Shown piece by piece: positions 41,818 through 52,094 of a stretch of DNA of 64,000 nt. A program made the position numbers and the translations under genes. The stretch spans positions 114,452,001-114,516,000 of the forward strand of contig OZ024743.1 of assembly GCA_964016885.1 (NCBI GenBank), given 5' to 3'. The notes under the pieces are model-generated. The model saw nothing but the letters and a program-made list of their open reading frames with translations, was not told where the DNA came from and did no database searches. This stretch comes from Eledone cirrhosa (taxonomy: Eukaryota). The stretch's first letter is position 1; each line of letters begins with the position of its first letter.

Positions 41818-42598
41818 AATAAAGAGAGAGAGGGAGTGGTGCCAAGAAACAAAAGCAGTTTATATAAATAAAAAAAGCTAATATATTATGATTCGTACAC
41901 ACGAAACTTTTTTGATTGTTCAAATAATACACCCCCCCCCCCCCAACAGGCTTATATGTATATACATATATAATATGTGTGTGTGGGGGTACATATATAT
42001 ATTTTATTCTAACAATAAAAGATTGAAAATATACGTGTTCATATGAATTGTGCAGAAACTCACACAAAATTACACATACACAAAACATACATATATGAAT
42101 TGAAAATACATTTGTTTAGGCTGTGTTCTTAATAGTCCATGAATAAATTACACTCACCCGAACAAACGAATGGACTACAGTAAATAATATCGATTTTTGG
42201 TGAAATGCTTCTCCGGAGAAAACAATAGACACTTAAAGGGAGAACAATTTTTCAGCAATTAAAGAATGACTATTTCATAAGGTTACAGAATGCGTGTTGA
42301 AAGAGCTTTGACGATTAGATATATAGCCGTTTGATTCTTTAAACAACTGATGGATGAATGAACTCCCTGATTAATAATGATTTCTTTATTAATAATAAAA
42401 AAATTGAAGGGAAACTCAAAAGAACGGTATGTTTTTATTGCCAACATGACTCCCAAAGTATAACACACACACAAACACACATATATATATAAATATATTT
42501 TATATATATTTCTTTGTGTGTGTGTTTGTGTATTTGTAGGTACACACACGAATCCAGCTGTCGAAAAGGCCAGAGCTCAGCCGTCGGCGTCCTGACTG

Positions 42599-42662
<64 letters not shown>

Positions 42663-43647
42663 AAATTAACAAAGCGAGGACAAGGCAACGAACGGAAAAT
42701 AATTTTTTAAGGGGTAACCTTAAAAGATTTGTAAAAAAAAATATAATACAAACGAAAGATAGCGAACTCCAGGGTCATCGCTTGTTGGGGTGGTTGTTGG
42801 CAGTTTTGACCCCTACCATCGGTAATGCGGGGGTCACAGCGTCTGGCGTAAGCAAAACGCTATCCAGTGGAGTAGGAGACGAGGGTCAAAACATTAACTT
42901 ATATCAATTTAGCTACAACAGCTACACATAGAACTTTATGTGACGTCAAGGAAAAGGTGTGGTGCCTCCTATAGCACAAGAATCGGAAATGAAAAAGAAG
43001 AAAAGAAAAGAGAAAGGAAGCAAAAAAATAAAAAAAGAAGAAAGTAAGATATCGTGTTAAAATATGTGTAGGGCATTGCAATAAATGATTTTGGGTGGAG
43101 AAGAAGAGATAAACACGTTCATCACATTAGTATTAGATAAACTTAAGAACATTAACAAATAGAGGACAAGACAACGAACGTAAAACAATTTTTTAAGGGA
43201 AAACCATAAACACTGAACTCCAGGGTCATCGCTCGTTGAGGTGGGTTTTGGCAGTTTCGACCCCTACCAACGGTACTGTTATTATGCCCGGAGTCATAGC
43301 GTCTGACACAAGCCCGAAGCTTTCCAGTAGAGAAAGAGACGGGGGACAAAACATTAATTCATAGATATAAGCTACAACACACGAATACATACACACATAG
43401 ATACATTACACACACATATATATATATATACATACACATACGAGATGACATTTGTAAAGCTATTAAGTGGTTGAACAAAATCTTCTCTGTCATTTATTGT
43501 TATACAAGCTCTGTTATTATATGTCCCTAAATTCTTATATTTTTTAAATGACATCTCATTTGAATTTGTTTCTAACTATAATGACATTAGAACATTGAGC
43601 TTGGAACTATTATTACTTGGGTGATTTAACTCTCTTCGGATTATCTC

Positions 43648-43679
<32 letters not shown>

Positions 43680-43681
43680 GC

Positions 43682-43872
43682 CGATCGACTTTCGTCAAAT
43701 CGGACCCAGGAAACAATGTTTCCATTGGTCTTTCCAATTGCTGATACTATCTATCGATCGCAACTCCAGGTAGAAAGAACAACGTGTCTTGCTCAAGGAC
43801 AACGCATCACCCGGTCCGGGAATCGAACACACAACCTCACGATTGCCAACTACTCAGCCACGCGCCTTCACA
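43682..43872 (-). mobile_element. tRNA-derived CORE-like SINE
   Basis: Minus strand GGCGCGTGGCTGAGTAG..GTTCGATTCCCGG..GTCCTTGAGCAAGACAC. Confidence 0.7.
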
Positions 43873-43882
43873 TATATATATA

Positions 43883-44094
43883 TGATGGTGGCAACATGAA
43901 TGAACCTGTTATTTTTCTCTAAAAACATTTTTTCCGATTCTGCACAGCCCGTCCCTTCAATCTTTGTAATTTCTCATTCTTTCTTCTGACGAAAGATTAG
44001 CGTCCGAAACGTTAAGACCCTCTTCCTGCTATTTCAACCGTTAAACTAATGTATTCTTTCCATATACTGTACCGACTGTGTTGTTATTTCTACT

Positions 44095-44100
<6 letters not shown>
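43883..44100 (+). mobile_element. 3' fragment (pLTR) of a Neptune-type PLE with minimal HHR at 43982-44017
   Basis: TCTT-CTGACGA-AAGA(TTAGCG)TCC-GAAACGTT|AAGA; TA flanks. Confidence 0.6.
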
Positions 44101-44140
<40 letters not shown>

Positions 44141-44352
44141 GTTAAAGTGTACATCTACATATGTATACGGAAGTATTAGTATGCATATAAATACACACAT
44201 GTATACATATGTACATGTACTCAGCTTTTCACTAGACACTTTACAGTGAGTGTCAGCTAGTCTGTATGTAACCACACAGGCGGACCGGGTTTTAGAGTCA
44301 TACGAGTTTTCAAGGAAACACATTTCCTCTATTCTCCAGAGGGCCAGACAGG

Positions 44353-44397
44353 AATATTGGACTAGTTTCGATGTTATTACATCTCATCAGCAATATT
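44353..44397 (-). ncRNA. Type-I hammerhead ribozyme, array copy 1
   Basis: AATATTG-CTGATGA-GATGT(AATA)ACATC-GAAA-CTAGTC|CAATATT. Confidence 0.93.
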
Positions 44398-44821
44398 TAC
44401 CCATCTTCCGGCTTCTCTGGAGAATTGTAAAAGCACATATCGTTATATGCTTTTTCTATGAAAATTAGTAGTGGGTAGACTAATTTGCATAGAACGTGAG
44501 TCATTGTACGCACCGGTTCAGCGGAAACGATAAAAACAAATAACGAAACGAAATTAAATTTCGTTTCGCTTCTAACTCACTTTTGTATGACTGACGCTTA
44601 AACAATTAAGTTAAAGTGTACATCTACATATGTATACGGAAGTATTAGTATGCATATAAATACACACATGTATACATATGTACATGTACTCAGCTTTTCA
44701 CTAGACACTTTACAGTGAGTGTCAGCTAGTCTGTATGTAACCACACAGGCGGACCGGGTTTTAGAGTCATACGAGTTTTCAAGGAAACACATTTCCTCTA
44801 TTCTCCAGAGGGCCAGACAGG

Positions 44822-44866
44822 AATATTGGACTAGTTTCGATGTTATTACATCTCATCAGCAATATT
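44822..44866 (-). ncRNA. Type-I hammerhead ribozyme, array copy 2
   Basis: Same motif, +469. Confidence 0.93.
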
Positions 44867-45290
44867 TACCCATCTTCCGGCTTCTCTGGAGAATTGTAAA
44901 AGCACATATCGTTATATGCTTTTTCTATGAAAATTAGTAGTGGGTAGACTAATTTGCATAGAACGTGAGTCATTGTACGCACCGGTTCAGCGGAAACGAT
45001 AAAAACAAATAACGAAACGAAATTAAATTTCGTTTCGCTTCTAACTCACTTTTGTATGACTGACGCTTAAACAATTAAGTTAAAGTGTACATCTACATAT
45101 GTATACGGAAGTATTAGTATGCATATAAATACACACATGTATACATATGTACATGTACTCAGCTTTTCACTAGACACTTTACAGTGAGTGTCAGCTAGTC
45201 TGTATGTAACCACACAGGCGGACCGGGTTTTAGAGTCATACGAGTTTTCAAGGAAACACATTTCCTCTATTCTCCAGAGGGCCAGACAGG

Positions 45291-45335
45291 AATATTGGAC
45301 TAGTTTCGATGTTATTACATCTCATCAGCAATATT
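45291..45335 (-). ncRNA. Type-I hammerhead ribozyme, array copy 3
   Basis: Same motif, +469. Confidence 0.93.
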
Positions 45336-45759
45336 TACCCATCTTCCGGCTTCTCTGGAGAATTGTAAAAGCACATATCGTTATATGCTTTTTCTATGAA
45401 AATTAGTAGTGGGTAGACTAATTTGCATAGAACGTGAGTCATTGTACGCACCGGTTCAGCGGAAACGATAAAAACAAATAACGAAACGAAATTAAATTTC
45501 GTTTCGCTTCTAACTCACTTTTGTATGACTGACGCTTAAACAATTAAGTTAAAGTGTACATCTACATATGTATACGGAAGTATTAGTATGCATATAAATA
45601 CACACATGTATACATATGTACATGTACTCAGCTTTTCACTAGACACTTTACAGTGAGTGTCAGCTAGTCTGTATGTAACCACACAGGCGGACCGGGTTTT
45701 AGAGTCATACGAGTTTTCAAGGAAACACATTTCCTCTATTCTCCAGAGGGCCAGACAGG

Positions 45760-45804
45760 AATATTGGACTAGTTTCGATGTTATTACATCTCATCAGCAA
45801 TATT
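45760..45804 (-). ncRNA. Type-I hammerhead ribozyme, array copy 4
   Basis: Same motif, +469. Confidence 0.93.
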
Positions 45805-46228
45805 TACCCATCTTCCGGCTTCTCTGGAGAATTGTAAAAGCACATATCGTTATATGCTTTTTCTATGAAAATTAGTAGTGGGTAGACTAATTTGCATAGA
45901 ACGTGAGTCATTGTACGCACCGGTTCAGCGGAAACGATAAAAACAAATAACGAAACGAAATTAAATTTCGTTTCGCTTCTAACTCACTTTTGTATGACTG
46001 ACGCTTAAACAATTAAGTTAAAGTGTACATCTACATATGTATACGGAAGTATTAGTATGCATATAAATACACACATGTATACATATGTACATGTACTCAG
46101 CTTTTCACTAGACACTTTACAGTGAGTGTCAGCTAGTCTGTATGTAACCACACAGGCGGACCGGGTTTTAGAGTCATACGAGTTTTCAAGGAAACACATT
46201 TCCTCTATTCTCCAGAGGGCCAGACAGG

Positions 46229-46273
46229 AATATTGGACTAGTTTCGATGTTATTACATCTCATCAGCAATATT
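46229..46273 (-). ncRNA. Type-I hammerhead ribozyme, array copy 5
   Basis: Same motif, +469. Confidence 0.93.
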
Positions 46274-46387
46274 TACCCATCTTCCGGCTTCTCTGGAGAA
46301 TTGTAAAAGCACATATCTAATTTTCATAGAAAAAGCATATAACGATATGTGCTTTTACAATTCTCCAGAGAAGCCGGAAGATGGGTA

Positions 46388-46432
46388 AATATTGCTGATG
46401 AGATGTAATAACATCGAAACTAGTCCAATATT
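46388..46432 (+). ncRNA. Type-I hammerhead ribozyme, array copy 6
   Basis: AATATTG-CTGATGA-GATGT(AATA)ACATC-GAAA-CTAGTC|CAATATT; cleavage after 46425. Confidence 0.93.
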
Positions 46433-46856
46433 CCTGTCTGGCCCTCTGGAGAATAGAGGAAATGTGTTTCCTTGAAAACTCGTATGACTCTAAAACCCGG
46501 TCCGCCTGTGTGGTTACATACAGACTAGCTGACACTCACTGTAAAGTGTCTAGTGAAAAGCTGAGTACATGTACATATGTATACATGTGTGTATTTATAT
46601 GCATACTAATACTTCCGTATACATATGTAGATGTACACTTTAACTTAATTGTTTAAGCGTCAGTCATACAAAAGTGAGTTAGAAGCGAAACGAAATTTAA
46701 TTTCGTTTCGTTATTTGTTTTTATCGTTTCCGCTGAACCGGTGCGTACAATGACTCACGTTCTATGCAAATTAGTCTACCCACTACTAATTTTCATAGAA
46801 AAAGCATATAACGATATGTGCTTTTACAATTCTCCAGAGAAGCCGGAAGATGGGTA

Positions 46857-46901
46857 AATATTGCTGATGAGATGTAATAACATCGAAACTAGTCCAATAT
46901 T
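46857..46901 (+). ncRNA. Type-I hammerhead ribozyme, array copy 7
   Basis: Same motif, +469. Confidence 0.93.
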
Positions 46902-47325
46902 CCTGTCTGGCCCTCTGGAGAATAGAGGAAATGTGTTTCCTTGAAAACTCGTATGACTCTAAAACCCGGTCCGCCTGTGTGGTTACATACAGACTAGCTG
47001 ACACTCACTGTAAAGTGTCTAGTGAAAAGCTGAGTACATGTACATATGTATACATGTGTGTATTTATATGCATACTAATACTTCCGTATACATATGTAGA
47101 TGTACACTTTAACTTAATTGTTTAAGCGTCAGTCATACAAAAGTGAGTTAGAAGCGAAACGAAATTTAATTTCGTTTCGTTATTTGTTTTTATCGTTTCC
47201 GCTGAACCGGTGCGTACAATGACTCACGTTCTATGCAAATTAGTCTACCCACTACTAATTTTCATAGAAAAAGCATATAACGATATGTGCTTTTACAATT
47301 CTCCAGAGAAGCCGGAAGATGGGTA

Positions 47326-47370
47326 AATATTGCTGATGAGATGTAATAACATCGAAACTAGTCCAATATT
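47326..47370 (+). ncRNA. Type-I hammerhead ribozyme, array copy 8
   Basis: Same motif, +469. Confidence 0.93.
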
Positions 47371-47794
47371 CCTGTCTGGCCCTCTGGAGAATAGAGGAAA
47401 TGTGTTTCCTTGAAAACTCGTATGACTCTAAAACCCGGTCCGCCTGTGTGGTTACATACAGACTAGCTGACACTCACTGTAAAGTGTCTAGTGAAAAGCT
47501 GAGTACATGTACATATGTATACATGTGTGTATTTATATGCATACTAATACTTCCGTATACATATGTAGATGTACACTTTAACTTAATTGTTTAAGCGTCA
47601 GTCATACAAAAGTGAGTTAGAAGCGAAACGAAATTTAATTTCGTTTCGTTATTTGTTTTTATCGTTTCCGCTGAACCGGTGCGTACAATGACTCACGTTC
47701 TATGCAAATTAGTCTACCCACTACTAATTTTCATAGAAAAAGCATATAACGATATGTGCTTTTACAATTCTCCAGAGAAGCCGGAAGATGGGTA

Positions 47795-47839
47795 AATATT
47801 GCTGATGAGATGTAATAACATCGAAACTAGTCCAATATT
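47795..47839 (+). ncRNA. Type-I hammerhead ribozyme, array copy 9
   Basis: Same motif, +469. Confidence 0.93.
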
Positions 47840-48263
47840 CCTGTCTGGCCCTCTGGAGAATAGAGGAAATGTGTTTCCTTGAAAACTCGTATGACTCTAA
47901 AACCCGGTCCGCCTGTGTGGTTACATACAGACTAGCTGACACTCACTGTAAAGTGTCTAGTGAAAAGCTGAGTACATGTACATATGTATACATGTGTGTA
48001 TTTATATGCATACTAATACTTCCGTATACATATGTAGATGTACACTTTAACTTAATTGTTTAAGCGTCAGTCATACAAAAGTGAGTTAGAAGCGAAACGA
48101 AATTTAATTTCGTTTCGTTATTTGTTTTTATCGTTTCCGCTGAACCGGTGCGTACAATGACTCACGTTCTATGCAAATTAGTCTACCCACTACTAATTTT
48201 CATAGAAAAAGCATATAACGATATGTGCTTTTACAATTCTCCAGAGAAGCCGGAAGATGGGTA

Positions 48264-48308
48264 AATATTGCTGATGAGATGTAATAACATCGAAACTAGT
48301 CCAATATT
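48264..48308 (+). ncRNA. Type-I hammerhead ribozyme, array copy 10
   Basis: Same motif, +469. Confidence 0.93.
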
Positions 48309-48593
48309 CCTGTCTGGCCCTCTGGAGAATAGAGGAAATGTGTTTCCTTGAAAACTCGTATGACTCTAAAACCCGGTCCGCCTGTGTGGTTACATACAGA
48401 CTAGCTGACACTCACTGTAAAGTGTCTAGTGAAAAGCTGAGTACATGTACATATGTATACATGTGTGTATTTATATGCATACTAATACTTCCGTATACAT
48501 ATGTAGATGTACACTTTAACTTAATTGTTTAAGCGTCAGTCATACAAAAGTGAGTTAGAAGCGAAACGAAATTTAATTTCGTTTCGTTATTTG

Positions 48594-48645
<52 letters not shown>

Positions 48646-49273
48646 GAAGGGGTATTTAATTTGTTGTGAGTTCGAGAGAGAGAGTTAGAAATTCTCAATA
48701 GTCCTTTATAATTAACATGGCTCAAGGAAAAAAATTTTCAGAGTCTTATAATATAATTTAATATAATAAAGAGAGATAAACAAAGATATACACATATATG
48801 TGTTAAAATCATAAGGGACCTAAATCGCTAGGGTGAATAAGATACTAACTATGAACAATACGGTTTGCCAGACTCAGTTAAAAGAATGAATTAAGAAATA
48901 ACACAAACCAAATCGTGATATCTATGAAACATCAAGACAGCCTTTGATATAACCGTTTGGCATCAAAGTGAGGGATTTAGAGATCAGATTGCTCTTCAGT
49001 GGTGTTCAGATTAGTAAACCTTTCACTTCTAGGATTCTTAGAAGACTAAATGAAGCACATGTTTTAATAGAGAAACAAATGTGCCTCTCGTGTTTCGTAA
49101 ACGTAGGTTATAAAAGAAATAGCAGCCAGATTCCCTCGACATGTAAAAAGCTCTAGAAAATTCCAAGAACTGAGTTTATCAAAAGTATATATTGAGTTAG
49201 AAACTCTCAATAGTCCATTATAATTAAAATAGCCCAAGGAAAAAAAAAATTCCGAGCCTTATAATATAACGAA

Positions 49274-49307
<34 letters not shown>

Positions 49308-49504
49308 TCGTATGGTTGCTAGGATGTGTCTATAGGCGGAATACCGGTTGAGCAGTCTATCCGATGCATCACTGATTCTTCGTTTTCCATTTTATATATA
49401 TATATATATACAATTAAGTTAAATTAAGGGTGTCATGTCAGATAGACATGCGCCATATCACCCGTAAAATATGCTCCAAGATTCCAATGAATAGATCCGA
49501 GCAT

Positions 49505-49737
49505 TTTATATCAACTAGAAGTTGATTGACATATAAATATATCTAAAATAAACATAAATTAATTGGTGAAATATATTTCTTTAATGGAATATATACAAGG
49601 AAGATTAATCAATTTATAAGGTATCTATTTTTGAAGTTCTAGTTAAACTTTATTTAGTTACCTACATAGCTATGTGTGCTTACACACGTTTACAAATTAT
49701 CCCCTGTGATTGTTTCATATGTCAATCAATTTCTAGT

Positions 49738-49744
<7 letters not shown>
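49505..49744. mobile_element. Small TIR element (MITE-like), TA-flanked
   Basis: TATATCAACTAGAAGTTGATTGACATAT and ATATGTCAATCAATTTCTAGTTGATATA. Confidence 0.6.
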
Positions 49745-49785
<41 letters not shown>

Positions 49786-49790
<5 letters not shown>

Positions 49791-51787
49791 TATTTGGGGA
49801 GGGTCATAGTGTTATAATATTGCTAGAAATAATAATCAAATACACTCACTGTTTGGTTTTGGTTGGTTTTCGCATCCGTATATTTTATAACCCTATAGCT
49901 AATTTAGCTGCCAATCAATGTTTTTCAATGATTGACCAAAAGTTAAATATATATTTAGTCTATCAAAGTTCTTCAAGCACACGCCTCTGACATCACAGTC
50001 GTACTATTATGACCCTCCTCAAATATACTCACGATTTTATATAAAAAATCTAAAGGCCCTAAAAGGTCACATGTTTGAATTTAATGAGAAAATCTACACC
50101 CAGAATGAGGGAGCAGCCATCGGCGTCAGCATAGCTGGCGATGTTGCCAACCTATTTATGGTATGGTGGGATAGGAGACTCAGAGAACTGCTAGAAGAGA
50201 ACTTCATATCCCTCGTCATGTACTCTCTTTAAGTAGACGGTATTAATATGATAATAAGAACGCCCCACAAGAGAGTACTAATATAAATGAATTAGAAAAT
50301 AGCACAATGGAGAGCATCCAGCAGATAGCTAAATCCATACACCAGAGTATAACTGTAACCGTTGACTACCGTTTCAAACACCCTAACAATAGACTACCAG
50401 CATTAGACAAGGAACTCTGGTTAAACACTATAAACGGAGGGCCAACATGTCCAATAGTGCTGAGTTTAACATTCTGATCGCAGACTTGGTAAGAGTGATG
50501 AAGAATGTATCCCGCATGTGCGACCCAACTGAAATGGAAAGACACATCTAACACTTCATCAATCGCATGCAGTTCTCTGGCTACAACCAAAGTATACAAA
50601 GGAACCACGGAGAAATATAAGACCCTCATAGAAATGGATATGAAGGAATTTGCCCATTATACAGAAGCAAATCATGGAATAGCTTAGATAGGATTAAACA
50701 TATGATAGGGAAAGCCACTTCAGGGTACGACAACCAGAGATACCAGAGTGTCATATTTGTGGATGCTACCCCTGGAGGGAAATTAGGTAAGCAATGTAGT
50801 AAGGCCCTAAGAAAGACCCATCTAAAGATTAAAGTGGTAGAAAAACCAGGAACTACCATAAAATCCCTGATCAGCAAGACATGCCCCTTTGCGAAAAACC
50901 AGTGTACGAATAAGAAACGTGTTATATGTAAAATGAACCCCAGATAAATTGTAAAACTAGAAATGTAGTCTATAGCATAACATGTACAGAAGGTACTTGC
51001 AGAAACATGACAACGACACACATAGGCGAGACAGCTCGAAGCATAGGAGCAAGAATAGACCAACACTGTGGCAACTAAAAGGAAAAAAAGTTCGGTACTA
51101 TATGAACATGCTCGACAAAGACATGACGGTAATATAGACAACATAGAAATTAAAATAATATCTAAACATCGAAATAACACATCAGGTAGACAAATCAGAG
51201 AAGCAACTGAAATAGAACTAAGAAAACCAAAGTTGAACAGAAAAAACGAATGGAATAGCAACACCAATACTGACCTAAGGGAACAATAATAGCAACAAAC
51301 AATACTGACCTAAAGGAACAATAATAGCAACAAACAATACTGACCTAAGGGAAGTATAAATAATAAATATACACAAGTACAATAACAACAAACACACACT
51401 AGTGAATAAAGATAGAATACAAAAACACTGACACGAACACACGCACCAAACAGAAAATGCACACGCAAATGCATGAGCAAACAATGACAAGAATAAATAA
51501 ATAAATAAATAAATAAATAAAATCGAAATGGTGTAGACATTACAATACAAGGAGAGGAAACAATAGAACTACTGATGATGTCACAGATGTGTGGTGCGAC
51601 GAAAGAACTTTGACTATATATATATATATATTTAACCGTTGGTCAACCAATGATAAACTTTGATTGCCAGATAAATTAACTATGGAGATATAAAAGATAC
51701 AGAAGCGAAAACCAATCAAAACCAGTGAGTGTGTCGTATTATTATTTCTGGAAATATAACAGTATTACCCTCCCCAAATATAATATA
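49786..51787 (+). mobile_element. 5'-truncated decayed PLE (different family from the Naiad-like copies) with inverted pLTR at the 5' end
   Basis: 49790-49955 is a reverse-complement homolog of 51625-51785; degenerate HHR at 51563-51617; TA flanks. Confidence 0.85.
50070..51289 (+). pseudogene. PLE RT + GIY-YIG remnant
   Basis: FEFNEKIYTQNEGAAIGVSIAGDVANLFMVWWDR..YSL*VDG; IFVDATPGG; CKTRNVVYSITC..HIGETARSIGARIDQH; SVLYEH..RQIREA..I..KPKLNRKNEW. Confidence 0.88.
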
Positions 51788-52094
51788 TCTATCTATTGAA
51801 AGGTATAGGAAAAACAAACACTAGGCGTGAAGTATTTTACGAAAACCTTAACATGTTTCAATAAAATATACTGGTTGTATAATAATATTATTATTATGCT
51901 CATTCATTAGCAACACATTAAATATTGCATTTATTCATAAAGATTTCAGAAAGATTTCAAAGTACGAGTTAAGTTGCATTTTGCAGTAAAAATAGCACTT
52001 CTGCTTTCCGCTGTGAATAAAATGCAACTGGACTAAGAAGAGAGGTAGAAAAGTTATAAGTTGGAGGGACGGAAAGAGTGGGAAATAAGTCATT

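Larger units (their letters stand above)
44135..48600. mobile_element. Retrozyme-like array: 469-bp non-coding HHR-containing unit, ~9.5 copies, as a head-to-head palindrome in (TA)n
   Basis: Period 469 (identical ORFs at 44250, 44719, 45188, 45657, 46126); arms 44135-46317 and 46344-48526 are reverse complements with a 26-nt spacer; 74-nt one-sided extension to 48600. Confidence 0.92.

Noticed and set aside
44250-48532. Repeated 72-aa (MSASLYVTTQ...) and 64-aa (MCFLENSYDS...) ORFs in each 469-bp unit
   Set aside because: Non-ATG or weak starts, overlapping on both strands, no recognisable motif; best explained as by-products of a structured non-coding repeat (ribosome profiling would settle it)
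44135-48600. CRISPR array or plain satellite interpretation
   Set aside because: No unique spacers, eukaryotic context, and each unit holds a complete ribozyme
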